This document shows, one piece after another, positions 27,030 through 38,800 of a stretch of 64,000 bases of DNA (the first letter of the stretch is position 1; the number at the start of each line of letters is the position of its first letter). This DNA is from Myxococcales bacterium (lineage in GTDB: Bacteria > Myxococcota_A > UBA9042 > JABWCM01 > BTVJ01), in the NCBI GenBank assembly GCA_045863395.1, contig BTVJ01000001.1, positions 66,406 through 130,405 of the forward strand, given 5' to 3'. The translations under genes were made by a program, and so were the position numbers. The notes under the pieces are model-generated. The model saw nothing but the letters and a program-made list of their open reading frames with translations. It was not told the origin of the DNA and made no database searches.

Positions 27030-30000
27030 GTGATGATGATGCCCTTGATCAGGTCCGCGACGAGGCTCTGCGCGATGCCGTCCGTGGCCACCGACACGTC
27101 GAGGTCCACCGAGGCGGGCGCGCCCTCGTCGATGTCGGCGGCGAGGACGAAGCGCACGGTCAGGAACACGGGGTTGCCAACGACCTCACCTTGCTCGTCC
27201 AGCCAGGCCGTGGAGAGAGGCGAGGTGGGGTCACCGGCGTTGACGATGATCACGCCACCGAAGCCGCTCCAGTCTGCGATCTTCGTCGGGGCGATGCTGA
27301 CCGAGTGTCCCGACTGGAGCGAGGTGGAGCCGGCGCCGGTGGCGGGTACATCGAAGCAGTTGGGACCGAAGCACCAGCGGGAGTAGAAGTTGTCCAGAGT
27401 CAGGGCCGCCGTATCGTACGAGAGGGTGAACTCCAAACCCGTCGGGACTGGCTCCGCCTCGGAGGCACGGGCGATGCGAAGTGAGCAGTCCACCGTCGCC
27501 CCCTTCACTCCGAACACCGTGCAGAAGGTCGTGGAGCACGATGGATTGAGCGTCCCACCCGCGCACTGTCCTGCCTCGCACGAGTCGTCGAGCGTGCACT
27601 CGTCGCCGTCGTCGCAGGGCACCCCCGACGAGGGCGCGTGGGAGCAGCCAGCCACCTCGGCGCAGGAGTCCACCGTACAGGGGTTCCCATCGTCGCACGC
27701 CGCGTTCTGCGGCGCATGCAGGCACTGGCCCCCAATGCCGCAGGAGTCCAGTGTGCATGGGATGCCGTCGTCGCACGCCTTGGGACCGCCGGGCTTGCAC
27801 GCGGTGCCGTTGCACCCGTCCCCCTCGGTGCAGGGGTTACCGTCGTCACAGGGCGTCCCGCCCGCAGCCGCCGTGGACACGCAGCCGCTCAGAGTGCTGC
27901 ACGTGTTCGCGGTGCATGGGTTCCCGTCCTCGCAGACGCCATGGTCGGCCACATGCTTGCACCCAAAGCCCTGCACACACGAGTCGGCCGTGCAGAGGAT
28001 GCCGTCATTGCAGGCGGCGTCTGTGGGCGAGAAGACGCAGCCGCTCACCGGATCGCACGTGTCGAGCGTACAGGCGATGCCGTCGGTGCACGACGCGTTG
28101 TTTGGAGTGAACGTGCACCCGGTCTGCGGGTTGCACCCGTCCTGTGTGCAAGGGATGCCGTCGCTGCAGACCAGCGGCGTCCCCTTCGCGCAGGCCCCTG
28201 CGTTGCACTTCTCCGTTCCCGTGCAGACGCTCAGATCGTCGCAGTCGCCATCCACGGTGCACTCCGCAGACTCCTCCTTGCAGTCCGCGTCACAGCCGTC
28301 GAGCGGGTCCTTGTTCCCGTCATCGCACTCCTCCCCCGGGTCCAGGAAGTCGTTGCCGCAGGACTCGTCGGAGGTGCAGTCCGCACTGCAGCCGTCGCCG
28401 CCATCCTGGTTGTCGTCATCGCAGACCTCGCCGCAGGCCCAGTCGGTGGTGCCGTCGCCGCAGTAGGGAGCAGGGCCGTCCAGCTCGCAGCCCCCGCTCG
28501 CGATGTTGCACACCTCGACGCCGTTGCAGGGGTCGCCATCGTCGCAGACCAGCGGCGCTCCAGGGGTGCACGTCCCGCCAGCGCACTTGTCGTTGGCCGT
28601 ACACGGGTCCCCGTCGTCGCAGGGAGCGCTGTTGAAGCTGTGCCCGCACCCACCGCCGGTGCAGAAGTCCGTCGTGCAGGGGTTGGCGTCCTCACAGTCC
28701 TTGAGGCTCCCGGGGACGCACGCGCCGGAGTCGCAGGAGTCACCCTCGGTGCAGCCGTCGCCGTCACTGCACGGTCCCTCGACGGGCTGGTTGATGCACG
28801 TGCCGGTCAGGGCGTTGCACAGGTCGCTGGTGCAGGGGTTCTTGTCATCGCAGGTGTTGACGCCCTTTGGGAGACAGGCGCCGTCCTTGCAGGCATCCCC
28901 CGTCGTGCACGAGTCCCCATCGTCGCAGGGGAGGGTGTTCGGGGTGTGCTTGCACCCCGTCGCGGGGGCGCAGGTGTCGGTGGTACAGACGTCTCCGTCG
29001 TCACACGCTTTGGTGGTCCCAACGCACGCCCCACCCGCGCAGGAGTCGTTCTCGGTGCAGGCGTTGCCATCGTCGCAGGCGCCGGCTGTCGGCTCGTTGA
29101 GGCAGGACCCACCCGCGCATGAGTCCACGGTGCAGGGGTCGCCGTCGCCGCAGTTGATCAGGGTCCCTTTGCACGCCCCGGCGGCGCAGACATCATTGTA
29201 TGTACAAGCGTCTGCGTCATCACACGCGCCAGCGTTGGGCTCGTGCTTGCAGCCCCCCGGGGAGCCGGTGTCGCACGTGTCCTTGGTACAGACATTTCCG
29301 TCGTCGCAGTTGACGGCGATCGGAGTGTTGAGGCAGCCGCCGGTCTTCGGGTCGCACGCGTCGGTCGTGCATGGGTCGCCGTCGTTGCAGTCGATGGCGA
29401 CCGGTGTATAGAGGCACCCTCCGGTGAGGGGGTCGCAGGACACGTCCGTGCACCCGTCGCCGTCGTTGCAGAACAGCGGCTTGAGCGCCGAGGTGCACTC
29501 ACCGGTCAGCGGATCGCAGCCGTCGTTCGTGCACAGGCTCCCGTCGTCGCAGTCGAGGGCTACCGGGGTGAACGCACAGCTCCCCGTCTCTGGATCGCAG
29601 GCGTCATCCGTACAGAGGTTCCCGTCGAAGCAGTTGCCTGCGGCTGGGACGTGGGCACAGGTCCCGTCGTCAGGGTTGCAGGCGTCGTCGGTGCACTCGT
29701 TGTCGTCATCGCAGTCCAGCACCGCGGGCAGGGACACGCAGCCTCCGCTCCCGGGATCGCACGCGTCCGTCGTGCAGGCGTCGCCATCGTCGCAGCCAAG
29801 CAGACCCTGCCCCTTGCAGGCACCTTGCGAACACACGTCCCCGAGGGTACAGGGGTCGCCGTCGTCGCACGCCTTCGTGTTGGGGTTGTTTCGGCAGCCC
29901 TTCTTCTTGTCACACGTGTCCGTTGTGCAGGGGTTGTCGTCTTCGCAGTCGTCCTGCACCCCTTGGCAGCCGCCCCCGTCGCACTCGTCTTCGATGGTGC

Positions 30001-30589
30001 AAGGATCGCCGTCGTCGCACGCCAGCCCATCCTTCATGGCTCCGGTCTGGCACGCGCCGTCCTCGCAGCTCGCGGTCTGACAGGAGATGCCCTCCACCAG
30101 ATAGGCACAGTCGTCATCCTTGGAGCACTCGCTGGCGCCGGCGTCGAGGTCACCCCCCGTGTCGCCCTGAATGACCGTAACCTTGATGGACGCCCGCCCG
30201 GCGGTCCCACCGACGGCCTCACCGGCGTCGTCCACCACCTCGACTGCGATGGTGTGCGCCCCGAGGGGCACCGCAGTGAAGGTGAACCCGTCCCCCTCGA
30301 AGATGCGGCCCTTCTCCTTGCCGTCCAGCGTCATGGTGAGAACGTTGCCGAACTCCGACAGCTCGATGCCTTCCACCTCCACCTTGACGACGATGTCGGC
30401 GTCGAAGCCCGGAGTCTCGATGACCGCGCCATCGGTGGGCGACGCGATGGTGAGGCGTAGCTCGGTGCCGCCAGCGTCCTTGGCTCCACCGAACCCGGAG
30501 AAGGGCGGGAGCTTGGATGCCTCCACGCACCCCAAGGCGAGGGGCACGAGCGCGGCCAGGAGCCACTGAACCGAGCGGGTCACCGTCAT
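27017..30589 (-). CDS. Giant secreted Myxococcus-type cysteine-rich repeat lipoprotein (1190 aa), with an N-terminal Ig-like domain and a ~160-aa C-terminal domain shared with four neighbouring genes.
   Basis: ATG 30589 with GGAGG 6 nt upstream. Lipobox LALGCVEAS. More than 25 CxDDGNPCTxDxC repeats. Block of [18 protein letters not shown]../CGNDFLDPGEECDDGN motifs. C-terminal domain contains ..[42 protein letters not shown]. Confidence 0.8.
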   Translation of the reverse strand: MTVTRSVQWLLAALVPLALGCVEASKLPPFSGFGGAKDAGGTELRLTIASPTDGAVIETPGFDADIVVKVEVEGIELSEFGNVLTMTLDGKEKGRIFEGDGFTFTAVPLGAHTIAVEVVDDAGEAVGGTAGRASIKVTVIQGDTGGDLDAGASECSKDDDCAYLVEGISCQTASCEDGACQTGAMKDGLACDDGDPCTIEDECDGGGCQGVQDDCEDDNPCTTDTCDKKKGCRNNPNTKACDDGDPCTLGDVCSQGACKGQGLLGCDDGDACTTDACDPGSGGCVSLPAVLDCDDDNECTDDACNPDDGTCAHVPAAGNCFDGNLCTDDACDPETGSCAFTPVALDCDDGSLCTNDGCDPLTGECTSALKPLFCNDGDGCTDVSCDPLTGGCLYTPVAIDCNDGDPCTTDACDPKTGGCLNTPIAVNCDDGNVCTKDTCDTGSPGGCKHEPNAGACDDADACTYNDVCAAGACKGTLINCGDGDPCTVDSCAGGSCLNEPTAGACDDGNACTENDSCAGGACVGTTKACDDGDVCTTDTCAPATGCKHTPNTLPCDDGDSCTTGDACKDGACLPKGVNTCDDKNPCTSDLCNALTGTCINQPVEGPCSDGDGCTEGDSCDSGACVPGSLKDCEDANPCTTDFCTGGGCGHSFNSAPCDDGDPCTANDKCAGGTCTPGAPLVCDDGDPCNGVEVCNIASGGCELDGPAPYCGDGTTDWACGEVCDDDNQDGGDGCSADCTSDESCGNDFLDPGEECDDGNKDPLDGCDADCKEESAECTVDGDCDDLSVCTGTEKCNAGACAKGTPLVCSDGIPCTQDGCNPQTGCTFTPNNASCTDGIACTLDTCDPVSGCVFSPTDAACNDGILCTADSCVQGFGCKHVADHGVCEDGNPCTANTCSTLSGCVSTAAAGGTPCDDGNPCTEGDGCNGTACKPGGPKACDDGIPCTLDSCGIGGQCLHAPQNAACDDGNPCTVDSCAEVAGCSHAPSSGVPCDDGDECTLDDSCEAGQCAGGTLNPSCSTTFCTVFGVKGATVDCSLRIARASEAEPVPTGLEFTLSYDTAALTLDNFYSRWCFGPNCFDVPATGAGSTSLQSGHSVSIAPTKIADWSGFGGVIIVNAGDPTSPLSTAWLDEQGEVVGNPVFLTVRFVLAADIDEGAPASVDLDVSVATDGIAQSLVADLIKGIIITWLL

Positions 30590-30852
30590 TCCATGCCTCC
30601 GCTACCCCCTCGGGGAAGTCAGCCTCTGCGAGCGCCGGCTCGTGAGCATCCGGACGTTCTCCCCCGTCCAGGAACCCGACCGTGTGTGGGATCCACGCCC
30701 GGGTTTGGTAGCGTGCAAGGGCCCCTGGCGTCAACCGCCCACGGTTACCGGGGGATCGATCCAGCCGGACTTCAGGCTGGTCGCCGAACGCGGGACCGGA
30801 GACATCCTCGTGGACGCAAGCTCGCGCCCCCGTCCTGGACGCCCGATGTTCC

Positions 30853-32835
30853 CTAGGGCTCACCGCTCACGATGATCCCGCCGGTCACGGTCACAGGGAG
30901 GGAGAATGCGTCCGCGTCGGCCGCGGCGACGCCGTCCAATGTAACCAGAACGGGGGCCGACGCGGGAGCGGGGGAGAGGAGCTCGAAGCGCGCACGGAAG
31001 ACGACTGGATCGCCGACCAGCGCGCCCGCCTCGTTGTACCAGGCCTCGGTGAGGGGCGTGTGGGGAGCCCCGGGGTGCACGATGATGGCCGCGCCGCTGC
31101 CAGACCACCCCTCGAAGGTCGTCGGAGCAATGCTCACCTGGTGACCCGTGGAGAGGGGAAGGGCCCCCTGCCCCGCGACCACCTGGTCGAAGCAGCCCAC
31201 TCCCTCGAAGCACAGCTCGTCGAAGAACCCGATGATGCGGGCGCGCTCCTTCGGGTAGTCCATCACCAGCTCCAGCGCGGTGGCGGGAGGGGCGCCCGAG
31301 CTGACGGCCGCGAGGCGCACGGGGCAATCGATCTGATCGAGTGCATCCCCTGTCATGGCGCACGCGGCAGCGGCGATGGAGGTCGCGGCATCACCGACCA
31401 CGATCTTCTGCTCGGAGACCACGGCCGGGATCGACTCGGCCGCCGCGTTGGCCACCACCACGTTGGAGAGGGTCACCGGGTCCGTACCATCGACCTTCCG
31501 CTTGAAGACGGCCTGTACGAATTGCGGGTCTCCCTGGATGGTCCCCTCGGGATCCAAGTACGCATCGGAGATGGGCGCCGTGGGGTCCGAGATGTTGGCG
31601 ATCACCACCGAGCCCTTGCCCGCCCAGGCGGCGGCGTCGCCCGGCGACAAGCTCACCGAGTGTCCCGATGGCCACAGAGGAACAGGGGGCGTGGACATGA
31701 GCTGGCAGGGGCCCCCGATGCAGGACTCGTCCTCGAACCGAACGAACGCGATGCGGTTCGCGTCGTACAGCACGGTCATCTGGAGCGCGGCCGGTAGAGC
31801 GACGGATTGGCCGATTCGGACCAGGCGGAAGGGGCAGACGACCTCCGCGTCTGCCGCGCCCGTGACCAGACAGATGGGCTCGCCGAGCGGGGGAACACAC
31901 TCCGGGTCGGGTGTGCCGGAGCAGACCCCCTGCGAGCACACGTCTCCGAGGGAGCACGGGTCTCCGTCGTCGCACGGAGCCGTATTGGGAGTACCGACGC
32001 AGCCGCCGTCCACGCAGGCGTCATCCGTACATGGGTCATTGTCGTTGCAGGCCAGCGCGGGGCCAGGGGTGCAGATGGTGCCGGCGCAGGTCCCGCTGCC
32101 CGTGCAAGGGTTGCCGTCGTCACAAGGCTGCTCGTCCCGAACGACCAGCTCACAGGCGTCGCCGTTGCACGCCTCCAACTGGCACGGGCCAAGAACCGCG
32201 GGCGACACAAGCTTCCCGGTGCAGTCGGAGTCGGTCTTGCAGAGCAGGATGTTCTTCTGCTCGCACCGGTTGTTGGCGCACACCTCACCGTCTCCACACT
32301 CGGCGGCAGTGAGGCAGCAGCCTGCCACCGCCTCGTAGCTGCACAGCCCCTCCTCGCAGGCCTCTGTGCTGCACGGGTTCTTGTCCGCGCACTCCCCATC
32401 GGTGGTGCAGGCGGACACGACGGAGAACGTCACGGAGTCCTTGGAGCCGGAGCCCTCGTAGGCGCTCCCATCCCCCTTGACCGCCTGGGCCCCAAGGACG
32501 TGCAGCCCGGGCTCGGTGACAATGACGGTCCCCGTCAACGCGCGAAGGGTCATCGCGGAGGCACCGTCGAGGGACAGGGCGACGCCGTCGCCCCCGGCCG
32601 CAAGGGAGATGCCCTGGACCTCCAAGACCACCGGGACGCCAGCGGCGGCGACCGACAGCTCGAAGGCCTCGTCGTCCATCGGTCGGACGAAGGAGACGAC
32701 CACCGAGCTGGCGCTCGTGGCGTCCCCCGCGTCGGCCGAATCGGAGACCGTTGCGTCAGAGCAGCCGGTCAGGGCGACGCACCCGAAAAGTATGGCGACC
32801 AGGTGTCGCCGCCCGGACCAAAGCGGGTCGCGCAT
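30853..32835 (-). CDS. Secreted Cys-rich repeat lipoprotein (660 aa): Ig-like N-domain, a few Cys repeats, then two tandem copies of the shared ~160-aa C-terminal domain.
   Basis: True start is ATG 32835 (MRDPLWSGRRHLVAILFGCVALTGC, lipobox). It overlaps the upstream stop (TGATG). The ORF-track N-terminal extension to 33183 is Arg-rich junk. Two domain copies contain SGHSVSLSP..GKGSVVIANISDPTAPI and STGHQVSIAPT..GSGAAIIVHPGAPHTPL. Confidence 0.75.
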   Translation of the reverse strand: MRDPLWSGRRHLVAILFGCVALTGCSDATVSDSADAGDATSASSVVVSFVRPMDDEAFELSVAAAGVPVVLEVQGISLAAGGDGVALSLDGASAMTLRALTGTVIVTEPGLHVLGAQAVKGDGSAYEGSGSKDSVTFSVVSACTTDGECADKNPCSTEACEEGLCSYEAVAGCCLTAAECGDGEVCANNRCEQKNILLCKTDSDCTGKLVSPAVLGPCQLEACNGDACELVVRDEQPCDDGNPCTGSGTCAGTICTPGPALACNDNDPCTDDACVDGGCVGTPNTAPCDDGDPCSLGDVCSQGVCSGTPDPECVPPLGEPICLVTGAADAEVVCPFRLVRIGQSVALPAALQMTVLYDANRIAFVRFEDESCIGGPCQLMSTPPVPLWPSGHSVSLSPGDAAAWAGKGSVVIANISDPTAPISDAYLDPEGTIQGDPQFVQAVFKRKVDGTDPVTLSNVVVANAAAESIPAVVSEQKIVVGDAATSIAAAACAMTGDALDQIDCPVRLAAVSSGAPPATALELVMDYPKERARIIGFFDELCFEGVGCFDQVVAGQGALPLSTGHQVSIAPTTFEGWSGSGAAIIVHPGAPHTPLTEAWYNEAGALVGDPVVFRARFELLSPAPASAPVLVTLDGVAAADADAFSLPVTVTGGIIVSGEP

Positions 32836-35800
32836 CACGGCGAGGTCTTGATCACAAGGTTGAGGATCTCCACCGGCAGACCGGTCGCAGACGCGTCGGA
32901 GGCGACCACGTTGTCCATCGTCACCTCGACCGGCGTTGACGCGGACACGGCCTCCGCCAGGGTGAACACCGCGGTGAACACGATGTCGTCGTCCACGACG
33001 ACCCCGTTGTCGAAGTACCCCGTGGCCAGCGGTGCCGTCGGATCGCTGGAGTTGGAGAGAACCACCGACCCGCCGGTCACCCAGCTCCCGAGGGCGGGGC
33101 TCAGCGACACCGCGTGACCCGACTGGAGCGAGGAGAAGTTGGTCGGGATGTCCCACGGAACGCAGACGGTCGGGACGAAGCACTTCTCTCCGTCATTGAA
33201 GTGGCTGATGACCGCCTTCGTGCCGTCGTAGTGCATGTTGAACTGGAGCGCCGTCGGGACGGGGGCACCAATCGACGAGCGGGCCAGGCGAATCGGGCAC
33301 TCCACGGTCTCGCCCTGGTCGCCGGAGAGCAGGCACGTCAGTCCGGCCTGGGGATCCGTACAGGCCTCGTAGGTCGGGCCAGAGCACACCCCGCCCGTGC
33401 ACGCGTCGGGTACCGTGCACTGCTCACCGTCGTCGCACGGAGCCCCGTCGGCGGCCGCGACGCCGCACAGGCCCGTCGCCGGGTTGCATGCGTCCACCGT
33501 GCAGGGATCACCGTCGTCGGCGCATGTGGTGGTCGTCCCACCGCCGCAGGTGCCGCCAACGCACGTCGTGCCGGTCGTACAGGGGTTGCCGTCGTCGCAG
33601 GCTCCGCCGTCAGCCGTCGGAAGCCCGCAGGAACCGGTGAGCGGGTTGCAGACGTCCTGGGTGCAAGCGCTGCCATCGTCCGCGCATGTCACCGCGCTGC
33701 CCACGCAGGCGCCGCCAGAGCAGGCATCACCCGTCGTGCAGAGGTCGCCGTCGTCGCAGCTCGTCCCCGAGGCGTTGGCTGCGACGCACGCTCCGGCAAA
33801 GCACACGTCACCCGTCGTGCATGCGTCACCATCGTCGCAGAGGGTGCCATCGGGCGCCAGAACGCCGCACAGCCCAGTGACCGCGTCGCACAGGTCGAGG
33901 ACGCACGGGTTGCCCTGGGGCTCGCAGGTGGCCCCAGCTCCGGTGCAGACACCGTTGAGACAGGCGTCACCCGAGGTGCAGGCCTCCCCGTCCGTGCAGG
34001 GATTCCCGTTCGCGGCGTTGAGGCCGCACGCTCCAGACACGGGATTGCACACGTCGACCGTGCAGGTGTTGTCGTCGGTCCCGCACGTGACGAGGCTCCC
34101 CGAGCAAACGCCGGCCGTGCAGGTCGTCAGGTTGGTGCACGGGCTCCCGTCCTCGCAGAGGGTCCCATCGACGAGGGCGACGCCGCATGCCCCGGTCTGC
34201 GGGTTGCAGACGTCGGTCGTGCAGGGGTTGCCATCGCTGCCACAGGACTTGGGAGTCCCACCGCACACCCCGCCCGTGCACATGTCGGCTGTGGTGCAGA
34301 GATCCCCGTCGCTGCAGGCGGTCCCATTGGCGACGGCCGAGCCCGAGCAGGTGCCCATCGAGCAGGTGTCACCGGCGGTGCAGGCGTTCTCGTCGTCACA
34401 CGGCGAGCCGTTGGGGACCGCCAGGCCAGTGCATACGCCCTGCATGCACAGGTCGTTGCCGGAGCAGCCGTTCCCGTCGTCGCAGACTGTGCCGTCGGAG
34501 ACCGTCTCCGACACGCACACGCCGTCGAGGCAGGAGTCGGTCGTGCACGGGTTCCCGTCATCACAGGCGGAGCCGTTGGCTGCGGGCACGCCGCACTGAC
34601 CCTGCTCGTTGCAGGAGTCCAGGGTGCAGGGGTTGTCGTCGTCCGGACAGATCACGGGCGCCGCCGAGCAGGTACCGCCGATGCACTGATCGGCGATGGT
34701 GCATGAGTCACCATCGCTGCACGCGGTCCCGTCGGTGACGGGCACGCCACACACACCCGTACCCGCGTCGCAGGTATCGGCCGTACAGGGATTGCCGTCA
34801 TCGGCGCAGCCCACCACGGCGCCAGCGCAGACCCCGGCGACGCAGACGTCACCGGTCGAGCAGGCCGCGGCATCGTCGCAGGACGAACCGTCCTCCGCGA
34901 GCACGCCGCAGCCGCCCGTCGCAGGGTTGCAGACGTCGCTGGTGCACGGGTTGCCGTCGCTGGCACAGGTCTTCTCCAGGCCCACGCAGGTGCCGGCGGA
35001 GCAGGCGTCCGCGATGGTGCAGGAGTCCTCGTCGTCGCAGGCGGTCCCGTCGGCGAGCGCCGTGGCCTCGCACGTACCGCTGGCGCAGGAGCCGACACTG
35101 GACGTGCACGGGTTCCCATCGTCGCAGGTGGAGCCATCAGCGAGCGGGGTCCCCGCGCACAGGCCACCGGAGCACGTGTCGCCCGTGGTGCACGCCTCCT
35201 CGTCGTCGCACGAGGCGCCATCCTGGTTGCCCGTGACGGTGCAGGAACCTGCCTGGCACGCCTCGATGACGCACGGGCCACCCTCGTCGCAGGGCGTCCC
35301 GTTGACAACTGCTACGCCACACGCGCCACTCGATGGGTCGCAGGCATCCGTGGTGCACGGGTTCCCGTCATCGGCGCAGGTCTTGGGCGTGCCGCCACAG
35401 ACGCCGCCCGAGCAGGTGTCGAGCACCGTACACACATCGCCGTCGTCGCAGGCGATGCCGTCGGCGGCGGGAGCGCCGCAGACCCCCGTCCCCGGGTTGC
35501 AGACGTCAGACGTGCACGGGTCGCCGTCGTCGGCGCACGCGACGGGCGTGCCCTGGCAGGCGCCGGCCGCGCAGGCATCGCCGGTGGTGCAGGGGTTGCC
35601 GTCATCGCAGGCCGTGCCGTTTGCGGCGGGCAGCCCGCAGGCGCCGCTGCCGGTGTTGCAGGCCTCGACGGTACAAGGGTTGCTGTCGTCGGGGCACTCG
35701 GTCGCCGTACCGGCGCACTCCGCGGACACACAGGCGTCATTGACGGTGCACGCCGCCCCATCCGAGCAGACCGCCCCGTCCTCCACCGCGATGCCGCAGA

Positions 35801-38800
35801 GGCCAGACGCGGGATTGCAGGTGTCCGTCGTGCAGGCGTTCCCGTCACTGGAGCACGTCACCGCCACGGCCCCGCAGGCGCCACCCAGACAGACGTCGCT
35901 CACCGTGCACAGGTCACCGTCGCTGCACCCCGAGCCGTCGGGGAGACCCACTCCGCAGGTTCCGTTCGCCGGGTTGCACTGGTCGGTCGTGCATGGATTT
36001 GCGTCGTCGTCGCAGGTGACGGACGTGCCGGCGCAGGTCCCCCCGGAGCACGCGTCCAGGTAGGTGCAGGTGCTCCCGTCTGAGCATGGGCTACCGTTGG
36101 TGACAGCCACCCCGCAGGCTCCGGTCGCCCCATTGCAGACATCGTCCGTGCATGGGTTGCCGTCGTTGGCGCAGGACTTGAGCGTCCCGGTGCAGGCCCC
36201 TGCCACGCACGCATCGGCGACGGTACACAGGTCCCCGTCGTCGCAGCTCGTGCCGTTGGGAACCGCCTGGCCGACGCAGGCTCCACCCACGCACGCATCG
36301 TTGAGGGTGCACGTGTCGCCGTCATCACACCCGCCTGCGTAGAGCGGGGTGCCGAGGCAGGACCCGCCAAGGCATTGATCGCCGCTGGTGCAGGCGTTGT
36401 CGTCGTCGCAGCCCGCACCATCGGGCCCTGGGGCCTCGAAAGCGCAGATGCCGGCAGAGCAGGACCACGTGGAGCAGGAGTCACCCCCGGCGCAGGGGGT
36501 CAGCTCTGCTACGGGGACCCCGCAGGTGCCGGTGGCGGGGTTGCAGGCGTCGGTCGTGCACTCGTTGCCGTCGTCGCCGCACACGACCGCGACGCCATTG
36601 CAGGTGCCAGCGACGCAGGCGTCGCCGCTCGTGCATGCATTGGAGTCGTTGCACGACGTACCGTTGGGCCTCGCCACGCCGCACGCGCCCGTCGCCGCGT
36701 CGCAGACGTCGTCTGTGCAGGGGTTGCCGTCATTGGCGCAGCTCTTGGGCGCGCCGCCGCACGTGCCCGCAACGCACAGATCGCCTACCGTGCACAGATC
36801 TCCGTCATCGCACGCCGTGCCGTCTTCCACCGCGACACCGCACAGGCCGGTCACCGAGTCGCACACGTCCGTCGTGCATGCGTTGCCGTCGTCGCCGCAG
36901 GTCTTGGGAGCGCCCGAGCAAGTGCCGGAGGAGCATGTGTCTCCCAACGTGCAGGCGTCTCCGTCACTACACACGGTGCCGTTGGGGACCACCGTGCCGG
37001 CGCAGGCACCCGCGACGCAGGTGTCGTTGATGGTGCAGGGGTTGCCGTCATCGCACGAGCCCAGGATGGGCGCGCCGGGCTGGCAGGCGCCGCCCTGGCA
37101 CGTGTCACCGCCCGTGCAGGCGTCCCCGTCGCTGCAGGGAGCGCCATTCGCGAGCGGCGCGCCGACGCACACCCCCGCCTGGCAAGCGTCCGTCGTGCAG
37201 GTGTTGCCGTCGTCACAGCTCGTACCGTTCGGCAGCGCCACGCCGCACGCCCCCGTCGCGGGGTTGCACGCGTCCTGGGTGCAGGAGTTTCCGTCGTCGC
37301 CGCAGGTCTTCAGCGTCCCGGAGCAGACCCCGGCCTGGCACAGGTCATTCAGGGTGCACGGGTTCCCGTCATCGCAGGCCGTCCCGTTCGAGCCGGGCGC
37401 AGTGCAGTCCCCCGGCACACACGACGCCGTACACTCGGCCGAGCAACCCGCTTCGGCGCCGCCACAGGACCCCGAGCTGCACGCATCCAGGTACGTGCAG
37501 ATCTCGCCGTCGTCACAGGCCGTCCCGTCGGCGGCCGCAACGCCGCAGGCGCCGGTCATCGGGTTGCAGGCGTCCACGGTGCAGCCGTTGCCATCGTCTG
37601 CGCAGGTCTTGGGCGTGCCGAGGCAGGCGCCGCCCAAGCACTGGTCGCCAGTCGTGCACAGGTCTCCGTCGGTGCAGGACGTCCCGTTGGACACCACGGT
37701 ACCGGCGCAGGCGCCGCCCGAGCACACGTCACCCGCGGTGCAAGGGTTGCCGTCGTCGCAGGGGTTACCGTTGCCAACGCCCGTACCGATGCACGCGCCC
37801 CCGGCGCACATGTCGCCCGTCGTGCAGGCGTCGCCGTCATCGCAGGACGTCCCGTTCGCCAGGGGCGTGCTGATGCAGACACCACCGACGCACGCATCTG
37901 CCGTGCACGGGTTGCCGTCGTCACAAGGACCGCCGTTCGGCACCGGGAGCCCACAGGTCCCTCCCTGGCAGGTCTGGGACGTGCACGCGTCGCCGTCGTC
38001 AGGACAGATCACCGCCAGGCCGCCGCAGGTGCCGCCGGTGCAGGCGTCGCTGGACGTACACAGATCCCCATCGTCGCAGGTCGTGCCGTTGGGAGCCGGG
38101 GCCCCGCAGGAGCCGCTGACGCAGGCGTCAACCGTGCACGGGTCGCCATCGGGGGCACAGAAGACCGAGCCACCCTGACACGCTCCGCTGAGGCACACGT
38201 CGCCCGTGGTGCACGCGTCCCCATCGCTGCAAGATGAGCCATCCCCGGCCCACTGCCCGCATGACCCGGTCGACGCATTGCAGACATCTACTGTGCATGG
38301 GTTGCCGTCGTCTGCGCAGGTGAGGATCACGCCGCCACAGCTCCCGCCTTGGCACTGGTCGCTGTGAGTGCAAGCGTCCCCGTCGTTGCAGGACGCGCCA
38401 TTGGGCAGAGTTGCGCCGCCCCCACAGGTGCCGCCAGTGCAGAGCTCGCCCACGGTGCAGGAGTTGGAGTCGTCGCAGGGGGAGCCGTCGGGGACACCCG
38501 AGCCACCGCCACAGACGCCCGCCGTGCAGGTCTCTCCCGTGGTACACAGGTTGTCGTCGTCACACGGAGATCCGTTGGCGACGGGTGCGCCGACGCACAC
38601 GCCGTTGGAGCAGGAGTCCGCGGTGCATGCGTCGCCATCGTCGCAGGCCGTGCCGTTGGCAGCCGGCGGGTAGCACTCTCCGGTCGCCGGATCGCACTCG
38701 TCTGCCGTGCACTCGTGCCCGTCGTCGGCGCAGGTCTTCGGGGCACCACCACACACCCCGGCGGTGCACACGTCCGCGACGGTGCACTGGTCGCCGTCGT

